DNA of 64,000 nt from Octopus vulgaris. Lineage: Eukaryota. The translations under genes were made by a program, and so were the position numbers. Where the stretch lies: the NCBI GenBank assembly GCA_951406725.2, contig OX597824.1, positions 96,348,001 through 96,412,000 of the forward strand, in the 5' to 3' direction. Within the stretch, counting starts at the first letter, position 1. Every line of letters begins with the position of its first letter. Below, one piece after another: positions 1 through 11,300 of this stretch. A model generated the notes under the pieces. The model saw nothing but the letters and a program-made list of their open reading frames with translations, searched no databases and was not told the origin of the DNA.

Positions 1-453
1 GACACTGGTATCTGCCACAACTGCAATTTTGTTCAGCTTGATGGGTCTTCTTCTCAAGCTCAACATAACGCCAAAGGCCCCTGTGAGGCCCAACACTTGA
101 AAACAGCTTTCCATGTGCTGCCAGCATCAGCCACTTTCCCTCTGTGAGGCCGAATACTCAAAAGGTGCTTTTATATATGCTACCAGCACGGGTCCCAATT
201 TACCTGACATGAGATTTTGAATTGACTTCCCGGACCCTGGGTTGGGAACCCCTGAGTCCCTCTAATCACTCTTCCATTTCCATTATAGAACAGCAGATGA
301 AATGCTTTGCAATATATACTTCCATCCTTTTCTATCTGAATTCCAATTCTCCAGAACTTATTATGTATAAATATTTTATTTGAATTTCTTTTCTTCTCTT
401 TAACATGTCTGTGGTCTTTCACCGTGTAATATTTTATTATTTTTCTTTTCCAG

Positions 454-585
454 GCTTTTCAGACACAAATAAAGAAATCTGTGATATTTTCAAATGTTTC
501 TAGCTTCTGTTGTATGGTTACTTACCAAAATCTACTAAGTACCATCATCATTACCATCCTGTTTTGCTGTTTTCTAACAAAGTAA
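454..585 (+). CDS. Possible terminal coding exon of a convergent plus-strand gene (hydrophobic C-terminus)
   Basis: Strong polypyrimidine acceptor ttttcttttccag|, then 43 open codons AFQTQIKKSVIFSNVSSFCCMVTYQNLLSTIIITILFCCFLTK*; no homology recognised. Confidence 0.25.
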   Translation, partial: AFQTQIKKSVIFSNVSSFCCMVTYQNLLSTIIITILFCCFLTK

Positions 586-987
586 TAACGTTTCAAATGT
601 AAAAAGTTTCTTCTCTTTATTATTATTTGTATTTTTTTTTCTTTACCCCTAACCCTGTATGTTTCCCCTTTGAAATTTTTTTTACTGTTTACAGTGAAGC
701 TACAGTTTTTGTATGTTTGCTTCACTTTGACAAACAGACAAATTCTGGATTAGTTGCACAGAAGTTTGAAAATCCTACCATACAATGTGTAATTAGTTTA
801 CCTGCAGTTTGATTTAAAACATTGCTCATGGGTACCAAGACCCAGGGCTAAACTTTCGTTGAGCAGAATCTGTGGTTTGCTGCTCTTGCGAGAAAATCTT
901 GTGTATTACTACTCGCCTTTTCTTTTTCGCAACCTAAAACCTTTTTGTCTTGTCAAGAGAAACCAGAATGTTGTCCAGCACAACGAA

Positions 988-1527
988 TCTAGTCAGTCGA
1001 CCTGTGTGGCTCAACCTGGTCATCTCAGATGTCTTGCATTCTGTAGGTGTCCAGTCAGTCGACCTGTGTGGCTCAACCTGGTCATCTCAGTTGTCCAGTC
1101 AGTCGACCTGTGTGGCTCAACCTGGTCATCTCAGTTGTCCTGCATTCTTCAGGTGTCTAGTCAGTCGACCTGTGTGGCTCAACCTGGTCATCTCAGATGT
1201 CCTGCATTCTGTAGGTGTCTAGTCAGTTGACCTGTGTGGCTCAACCTGGTCATCTCAGATGTCCTGCATTCTGTAGGTGTCTAGTCAGTTGACCTGTGTG
1301 GCTCAACCTGGTCATCTCAGTTGTCCTGCATTCTGTAGGTGTCTAGTCAGTCGACCTGTGTGGCTCAACCTGGTCACCTCAGATGTCCTGCATTCTTTAG
1401 GTGTCTAGTCAGTCGACCTGTGTGGCTCAACCTGGTCACCTCAGATGTCCTGCATTCTTTAGGTGTCTAGTCAGTCGACCTGTGTGGCTCAACCTGGTCA
1501 CCTCAGATGTCCTGCATTCTTTAGGTG
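988..1527. repeat. 62-bp minisatellite, about 9 copies (one truncated)
   Basis: Unit gtctagtcagtcgacctgtgtggctcaacctggtcatctcagatgtcctgcattctgtaggt repeated head-to-tail with few substitutions. Confidence 0.95.
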
Positions 1528-2064
1528 TTGAAACAGCAGTATTTTTATGTGTCAATGTTATGTTCTGTTTAAACTGGCCGAAACATTCTGCCTGTTTTCT
1601 TGTCAAACTGACCAGATCAGGCTTCTTACACCAACCCTACAATATAATTCTTACTTTATCCAAATCTCATAGCTACAAGATAATTCATGGTTGAACCATG
1701 ATGCACGAATCACATCTCAGCTGGTTTCTCTTTTGTGTTGCACTGGCCATCAAGCTTTCTGCACAGATTTAAGGAGTCACTGTTATACCTCAGAAAGGCA
1801 AGCAGAAATCCTGGATTATTCAGATAATCACTAAAATATGGTGAGTCTAATTAATGGTGGTCTGTGTTGGTAATCGTCATTTTAATGAAACAAAAATGAG
1901 TCTTCAAAATTTATTTTCCTAAATCTCCATTTAAAATATACTTGATCATCCCTGTTTGCTTTACACATGATGTCCCCCATGGAATGTATCTTATTCTTAT
2001 ATATTTATATAAAGTATCAAATATTGAATGTTTTTTCTTCTTTTTTCTTGTGATTTCTATGAAT

Positions 2065-2322
2065 TTAATTTGCTGGAAAGGCTGCCTTAACCTCATCAGG
2101 GATCTTGTTAATGTACCAGCTATGGTTGCTAAGTGTTGCTACCACACCAGATAAGTTTGGGCGTGGCACATCGAGTTTATACTGAATTGGGTTACCATGG
2201 AGATCAGTGAGGTTCCCGCCAAGGGCACGAAGGACTGCTTCAGGACCACAAGTGTCCCATTTCTTGCAGCCTTTACTAGCAAACACATAGGCATGTGCTG
2301 TACCTTCACACACCAGCAGCAC
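2065..2322 (-). CDS. BPNT1: BPNT1 coding exon 7 (terminal)
   Basis: VLLVCEGTAHAYVFASKGCKKWDTCGPEAVL...AAFPAN*; follows a 92-nt intron. Confidence 0.93.
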   Translation of the reverse strand: MLLVCEGTAHAYVFASKGCKKWDTCGPEAVLRALGGNLTDLHGNPIQYKLDVPRPNLSGVVATLSNHSWYINKIPDEVKAAFPAN

Positions 2323-5300
2323 CTGGAAAAATACAGAAAACAAAATCAGCTGCTATAGGAGATAGGTTTTGGCTGAGGTTGGGGTTAGCGCAACAAATCT
2401 GTACTTCTGCCTACCTTATGGCCCGCGCCACCTACTTTAATCACGTCTGTTGGGTTACATGCGTTTACAGCTGCTGTCACTTTGGGGTCTGAATGTGACC
2501 TGGTGGTAGTAATTATGTTTTCATTGGCTGGAGCTGGTTTTGAATCCAAACCAAATGTGCCTGCCAAAAGAAAGAGACTATAAAACAGATTGCATAATAA
2601 TGGAGTTTGTTTTACTTAACATTTTGAAATCTGTAACCAGTGACCTGGGGTCTTCTTGCACAACTCAGGGGAGCCCTTTATGTAGTCTCTCAAACCAGCT
2701 ACAAAGATAGCAGCCAAATCACACACATTAACTTCTGCCCTTTACATAATGTAGCCCCTAGATGCACTTTGTTCTTGAGCCTAAACATTTGCAAAGTAAG
2801 GTGATAGTTCCCTAATGAAATAAAATAGATGATGTAATGAACACTGATTGTGAATCCATTTTCTTACACTAGTATATAGTTTACCTACACATGGGTCCCA
2901 GCAGGGAGGGAGGGAGGGAGGCATGCTTAGTTCCTGATTTACTGTTTATCTTGTTTTAGTGATTGGACTGTGGCCATGCTGGGGCATGACACAGAAGGGT
3001 TTTGTGGTTCCCAACCCTTTTAAGTTTTCCACAGACCGCTTCTAATATGCTTATCTTTGTGTGTGTATGTATGTATGTATATATGTGTGTGTGTATATAT
3101 ATATAAAATTTTGAATTTAGTTTGGGAACCACTGGTTTAGTCGAGTAGTGCTTTGTCGTTTTTGCTAAATTATAGATTTAAACAAACCAATACATTACCA
3201 AATGATGATGGGGGACACACAGACACTTGATGAGCTTCCTCAGTTTCCATCCAGGATTACTACAGTACAAAACATTTGCCCAAAGTACTTCATAGTAGGA
3301 TTGAACCCATGAGCTGCTCATCCACACAGCCATGACTTAACTGTTAATTTATGTATAGCCTGTGATTTGGCAAAGAAGCCATCTGACCAGTGGTTTTTCA
3401 TGCACACCACTATTTTGTCCACCTCTGCAAAGAACTCCACACAGCCTCAAATGTGGTCACTCCACTTGTTAGAAACAGCAGCTAAATTTCCTCCAAATTA
3501 CACTCCCTGTCTTAAAAAAAGTGGAATGGCCACACTGAAAGTAAAACGAGATGGGATGGTCATGGTTGGGAATCGATTTCCTTCTACTAGGTTGGTTTGG
3601 TTATTGTTCTAAAGTTCTCTTCAAACTGTTCCCATTTTAGTACTTTGATTTTGATATAACATTTGAAACTAAGCTCCTCATTATGTACACACAAATTAGT
3701 TCCTTACTTTTATAAGTGCATATTTGGTCAATTTCATGATAACCATAAAATCTGCAAGGTGCTGGCTTCATGCACGTGAAATGTTTTGCAGTCAAACTGG
3801 GATGGATGCCACATAGAGAGAGGAGGCGGATCTTAGTCTTCCAATCAAAATCAGATATATTAAAGGTGTCGTTTTAAACAATTACTCAAAAGTCATTCCA
3901 CTGCATAAACAAGCTCTTCACGGATGTGGGGGGGGGGGGGGGTTCCCCAGTGAATAGTAAGTACAAGGGAGATAACCACTTCGAAATATTTGCAGACTTA
4001 GAAGTTTGAATTTGATATTGCCTCTTCTGCATAACGAAGAGTTGTTGCCAGGAAGTAGGAGCGTGAAACATATCTACACAAAAACATTGAAAAGGGCTTT
4101 TCAATTTCGTCCAGTTTTTTTAAAACTATAATAGCAGCTACTATAAGGACAATTCAGCAAGGTAGATCTCCTTCAAAGCAACCTGGATGTAGGCATTAAA
4201 AGATTTCCATCTTACTAAACTACTTAATGTTCTATAAAGAACAAACCATTCCACGAATTATTTTCCATTGATGTCTCACTTATTCAAAAGAATAAGGAAA
4301 TCCAGCCTACTTTTCATCCTGAACGAAATGGCCCTTAGTTGCCAGCAGAGGTAGGAGCTCCCTAAACTTTGTCCAGGCTATTCTTATTCTAGCTGCTACA
4401 CTCTCGTGTGTGTGTATGTGCATACAATGCGCTTCAGCATCGTTTGTGTGTACAAAATTTCACTCTGAAGACGTTGCTGTTTCTAAAAGTGCCACAAACC
4501 ATTTAGTTCTCAGCTCGTTAAGCAAATGGTAATGCCTGGCCCTAAGAATAACAATTCTGCTGTTGCAATACTTACCAATGCCGACGACCCCATAGACACA
4601 TCTTCCCATCTCTGATGATATCTTGGACTGGTAGTTGTAGTAGGGCTGGTAAACCACACCAGCAACGGCACTGCCATTTACCGAGATTCCTATCAGAACT
4701 GTGACATGGTCCAATAAACCTAAGCAAAACAATAGAAATTATATATAATGTTTGTCACCATTTCATATCTTGCCAAACAATTCAGGCGTGACGAGGTCAT
4801 TTGGAACACAGAAAAATGTCAGTCTGAGCCAAGCCAAGAAAAGGGCCTTCAGTGATCACCCAACTTCCTAGAAATAACAGCCATATTTCCCTCAACCCCA
4901 CTGTCTTTACTGTCATGCTCTAATCTCTTGGTTCCACTCCCTATCAGCTGAGGGGTCCTTGTCTTGTGAGCTTGAAGGTGCCGGTGCCACATAAAAGGCA
5001 CCTGGTCCATTCTGCATTAGGAAGGCATCCAACTGTAGGAACCCTGCCAAAGCAGGCGATTGGAGCCTGGTACAGCTCTCTGGCCTTGCTCCACCCTGTC
5101 AGCCTGTACAACCCATGCTAGCAGGGAAAAAAGACTGAAGGGTCATGGCTGGAAAAGTCTTTGATCAGAGCTGATCTGGGACTGAATAAAAGCAAAGAGT
5201 AGAGGTAATTTCAGCGGTAAGGTTTCAATTCCTTGTTGTAGCTATTTGACTTTGCTTATTCCATGTGTATCTCAGTTCTTATAATTGGAAAATTTGTCCC

Positions 5301-8300
5301 TCACCAACGAGAAAATCTATATAGGAAAGACCGATGATGATATTGGTGTGTTAATCACAATCAAGAATCTAAATGATATCAAAACTTTACAGAAATGTTT
5401 TGATGTATGAAAGAGTTAGACCAGGAGTTCTTAACGGTCACTCTCAGGGCCTCATGTGACCCTTGACAGTCTTCTATAAATATGAAGGGGGTGTATGAAA
5501 AGTCTTGAGCCTCAAAAAAACCAAGGCTTCAGGCTCAAAACTTGTCATAGACCCCTCGTATAATAAATGTTTCTTATATTTATGGTTTCCTTTTTTTGAA
5601 AGTGGCCTCCCATTAAAAAATCCTAGTTTTGTTCCCCAGCTAAAAATGGTTTGCTCCCAGAAGTTAAACAATTTACCTTGTGTAAACTCTTTGGTTCCAT
5701 CCAGGGGATCAACCCAGACTATAATCTGAAATAAAGAAATACGTTTTGGTAAAATGATTGAAACAAACCTCTTGGAAATAATGGGTGCATGCAATGAAGG
5801 ATGTGTGAAGAAGGATTTCAGTGCAGTGTGACCCCTTGTCTATGCAAGAGGGATAATCAGGAGATTTAGATATTTAGCCCTAGGTCACTTGTAACCATTT
5901 CATACTTACCCTTTGTATAAAGAACTAGGACCATATTACACAACATCTTTTTTTTAAGACACACTGAGATTTGACAACTATTTCATGCAGTTTGACCACA
6001 TAGACACACCTTCATCAGGTGTATCATTGGTACTCTTATCCCACAGTCAAGTACATAATTGTGATTAATTTAGTTAATCCATTAAGGGTGGCAAGATGGC
6101 AGAACTGTTAGCAAGCCGGGAAAACTGCTCTGCAGCATTTTGTCTGATTTCACATTCTCAGTTCGAATTCCACCAGAGTCAACTTTGCCTTTCATTCTCT
6201 CAGGGTCAAGAAAATAAGTACCAGTTGTGTACTGGGGTAGATTTAATTGACTTGCCCCCCCCTTCCCCAAAACTGCTGGCCTTGTGCCAAAAATAGAAAC
6301 CAATTTAGTTCACTACACATCTGTGTAGACCCTTGTTTTGGTTTTGAGAACTCGGTGAAGTTGTAGTGGAAGAATATGACTCCAAGAGGTCAGAATGTCC
6401 AGCCCAGGGCATTAAAACTGGAATGTCAGCTCCAATAAACACAGCAAATATTCTGGTCAAGTTAACTGACCGGAATCTTCTGATTCTGAATATCTTCTGT
6501 CATAAATTGTGATGTGCAGTGGGACATCAACTGCTGTTCTGTAGTGAACTGTTGCATCCAGTTCAACAGAATAGATTAGATTATCATATTGGGACAAATC
6601 CATGCACCTCGCCCTAATGTCGTTGTCGTTTGACTGAGGGCTGGCGAGCCAGGCTGCACCAGGCACTAATCTGATCTGGCAAGATTTCTACAGCTGGATG
6701 CTCTTCCTAACACCAACCGAGATTGTAGTGGGTGCTTTTTACATGCCACTGGCACAAGGGCCAGCAATATTTGGTTTCAAATTTTGGCAGCAGGCCAGCA
6801 ATTTTGGGGAGGAGGTAAGTCTATTAAATCGATCCCAGTATTCAACTGGTATTTATTTTATTCACCCTGAAAGGATGCAAAGCAAAGTCAACCTCGACAG
6901 AATTTGAAGGCACCATTCAAGCGTGATTGATGCTTGAATATATCAACTATATCACAACTTTACAGAAAGGCTTCAATGTATGACCAGCAGTTCTTAACAG
7001 TCACTTTCAGGGCCTTATGTGGCCCTTGATAGTCTTCCCTCTATAAATATTATAAAAAAAAGGTTTCTTAGATTTATGGTTTACTTTTTCTGGAGTGGCC
7101 TCCATTAAAAAATCCAGGTTTGGGATCTGGCCCAGATATTAAAAAGGGCGAGAAATAGTTATTAAGATTAATGGCTGTTAACTTTCATTTTGAGCTGATG
7201 AAAACACTAACCAATTCATCAACATCATCATCGTTTAACGTCCATTTTCCGTGCTAGCACGGGTTGGACAGTTTGACCGGGGTCTGGCAAGCCAGAAGGC
7301 TGCACCAGGCTCAAGTCTGATCTGGCAGTATTTCTACAGCTAGATGCCCTTCCTAATGCCAACCACGCCATGAGTGTAGTGGGTGTTTTTTACATGCCAG
7401 GGGAGGCTGGCAGTGGCCACGATCGGTTGGTGCTTTTTACGTGCCACCAGCACAGGTATCACAACTGCAATTTCCATTTGATTTTTATTTTGGATGTTGA
7501 TGTACTTGACTCAATAGGTCTCCTTAAGCACAGCAGGTCACCCTATGATCCAAGGTAATTCAATGCAGAGAAATGACAAGTGCTTTTCTATAGGCCCTGC
7601 AGCTTATTACACCTGTATATATACATGACCAGGTGAGAGTACTGCACTTGTCCAGTGTGACAGTACAATTGCAGTGAGGCCGACCAGGGCAACATTTGGT
7701 GTAGCACTGTAACCGGGAGAGACGTTTGATGCAGCAGAACACTCACAAGTCAAATTTTTCAATCCAAAATTGACAGTCACAAAAAGTAGGTTGATTTATA
7801 AATGAAGACGACTTTGAAGAACCAAAAATCCCAGGTGAAATGCAACAGTATTTGGAAAGATGGTAACAATGTCTGAATGCTGCCACTGCATGTATTTACT
7901 GTATACAACACACTGACCTGTAGCTGACGAGTCGGTCAGTAAACTATAATTGGTAAATGACCAAACAGAAATTTTTAAAAGAATGAAATATTTTTATGTT
8001 TAGCTTACAAGATTCTTAATGTAAACTTCTGTTTTGAAATGTTTTGTTGTATGTTGGGAGGGTCATTATGCCAGTAATAAACACATGCCATGGTTGTATT
8101 TCATTTCTTTTATTTGTCAATTGATTAACTAATCAGTTAATCAAACAATCAATTAGTTGAATGGTTAATCAATTGACAAAAAAATAAAGAAGTGAAATAG
8201 AACTGGTGCGTATGTGTTTCTTATTGGCATAATGACCCACCCAAGAAAGAAATTTTTTTTACCTCATTGTCTGGAATATTTCTCAGATTTTCAGGACAGG

Positions 8301-11300
8301 ATAACGCCAGTACATCTTTGCAGAAATCAACTTCTTGAAATACTTCGGTATTACTATCAGGAGATAAATCCTGGAAGAACAAAGAGCGAAAACTGGATCA
8401 AAGGGTTGAGGTGTTGCTGTAGGGGGTAGTTCTTACCAATGCTTACGATCTTCAACAGCTGTTATCAACTACAGTACATTACTGCATTCATATATACACT
8501 CGCAATAGGCATAAAGTTGTAATTGCTAACATATTAAATTTGGAATAGTATGAGTGTGTGTGGGCATATATAGAAGTTTAAATGGAGGTTAAAATAACCA
8601 CCTTAAGGGATAGAAAATATCCATTGAATTACTGGTTTGTTACCTATTATTTTGTTGTGAATAATAATATCCATGACACAAATTTATGCCAACGGGTAAA
8701 TGTTGTGTATAGAATACAATGTAACAAATGCAATGAGTTCTATGTGGGTAGCACAACAAGACCATTACACATTCGCATCAAAGAATATCTGAACACGAGA
8801 GCTTCCTCCTTCAGAAAACATCTAGACAGATGCTGGAACATCGACAAAAGCATGACAGAAACAATTGAGGCCAATGAAAGAAATTTGGGTGATTTAAGAA
8901 TTAAGGAAGCTATACTCATACACAGACTAGGGCCCCAAATTAACAACAGGCTGGAGGTTGGTAAGCAATACATTATTTAGATACATCTGGACGCGTCTCG
9001 GTTCAATTTTGATAACATGTTCATGTATTGTTTCATCATCATCATTTAGCGTCCGTTCTCCATGCTAGCATGGGTTGGACGGTTCAACTGGGGTCTGGGA
9101 AGCCAGAAGGCTGCTTCAGGCCCAGTCTGATCTGGCAATGTTTCTACGGCTGGATGCCCTTCCTAATGCCAACCACTCTGTGAGTGTAGTGGGTGCTTTT
9201 TACGTGCCACCCACACAGGTGCCAGATGGGGCTGGCAAACGGCCATGGTCAGATGGTGCTTTTTACATGCCACCGGCACGGGGGCCAGGCGAGGCTGGCA
9301 ACGGCCATAATTGGATGGTGCTTTTTACGTGTCACCGGCACAACAAAAAGAAGGAAGCTGCACATATAACACATAACTTAGAAGCAGCTTCAGATGTCCA
9401 TGTCTCAATCTCATGTGTGCAGCACACATGAGATTGAGACATGGCTGACCTCATGAGGAATTCTGGAAGGAGCTTCATGAGACCACAGCTGAGATGCTTT
9501 CAAAAAAAACCCAGAAAAGCCATTGGAAAACTGATTATAGTAGCGACTCTATCAATTCCTATGGACATCTGAAGAAGGAGTTTTTATTCCGGAATATCAT
9601 ATCAGGCTACGGATGGTTAAATTACAACAGTTCTTATAGTTGTCCATTGTTCGTATTATAAGTGCATTGTTGTGTCGTTCAAAACATATATTCTGCTTCT
9701 CTTAAAGATCCTTCCCGAGACCTAGCATCATAGGGCTGGTTTCCCAGTTTCTCTGGAGCATAGTCATAGACTTTGCACTGGGCAGGATGATGGTCCGTCA
9801 CAGGATTCTTCATTTTTGCCAGCAGAGTGAACTGGGGAAAAGTGAAATGAAGTGTTTTGCTCAAGAACACAATGTATCACACAGTCCAGGAATTGAAACC
9901 ACAGCCTTATGACATACATACATACATAAACATGTATGAAAAAAGTGTTCGGTGTGGTATGCAGATATTGAACATTGAGAAAAAAGTTGTCAGAATTTTG
10001 GAGAAAAATCTTTTTATTTCTTCATTATTATTAGCGATTTCGTTCGTTTCTTGAACTTGTCAAATAAAATTTTGTGAATGTACAAACAGCTTGTTCACTC
10101 ATGTAAAACATGTTTTTTTTTGGGGTGATGGTGGTTAGAAGAAGAGAACATTGACAATGGAGATGGAAAGATAGAAATATAGGTAGGTAGATAGATGGAT
10201 AGGTAAAGAGAGTGAGAGAGAGAAGGGTGATCCCCCCTTCCTATTCACCATTTATTTATTAGTTATTTACCATTGTACTGGAATGGGTTTAAGGATGGTG
10301 ACCTATCTATCTACCTATTTCTATCTGTCTGTTTCCATTGTCAAAAAAACAAAACAAAACAATGTTCCCCCAAAAAAACAAAAAAAAAAGCAAAAACAAT
10401 GTTCTCTTCTAAACAAAAAACCCCAAAAAACATCTGTTTTATATGAGTGAACAAGTTGTTTGTACATTCACAAAACTTTATTTGACAAGTTCGAGAAATG
10501 AACGAAAGTTCTATTAATAATGAAGAAATGAAAAGATTTTTTCCCAAAATTCTGACAACTTTTATTACATGGCCGCAGTCAAATGACTGAAACAAACAAA
10601 GGAATAAAAAAATGAATAGGTGCACATACACACGCATAAATAAATGCAAGATAGAATATGTCAGGATGCAAGCAGCACTACGCATCAAGCAATTACCATT
10701 GTGCAAATAATTAGATGGAAGTAATTTAATTATGACAATTAATTAATGCCTGGTTGGCTTCCATGTTGTCCTGCGATACAAGGAAAAAGAATAAAACGGT
10801 GAAGATGTGTTACCTCTTCTCCCACGAAGGTCACTTTCGGAAAATGATGCTGTAGAGATCCTATGATGCATCTTTGCGCCGATCGGTCAGCTTCGGTTTG
10901 CAGGTCATCGATACCCTGGAAGCGAAAACAGGACATTGTAGAAAAAGCAAGAGCAGAGTGGCTTTATGCTGAGCATTGAAAGGGTGGATTGTAATAGATG
11001 GGACCAGAACAGCTGTCTTGCATTAGAGGAGTTTATACGGCTACATCTTATTAGGTAAGGGTCAGGTGAGATGAGGTGTGGGGGCATGCACCATTGCAAT
11101 ATGTTGCTGCATTCACCACTTTTCAGTATGTTCTGGGGTTCTCCCAGCTGACCTGTTGAGTGCGTGTGTGTGTGTGTGAGTATCATATGAGTGAGACCAT
11201 TGCCAGAGCACGTTTAAGCACACCATTCGAGCGTGATCGTTACCGCGTCGCCTTACTAGCACTTGTGCTGGTGGCACGTGAAACATTCAAGCGAGGTCGT

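Noticed and set aside
988-1527. CRISPR-like array, or coding ORFs 859-1230 / 950-1222 / 1401-1694
   Set aside because: Units are contiguous with no unique spacers, the context is eukaryotic and no cas genes are present. The 62-bp period is not a multiple of 3, so the ORFs are repeat artefacts.
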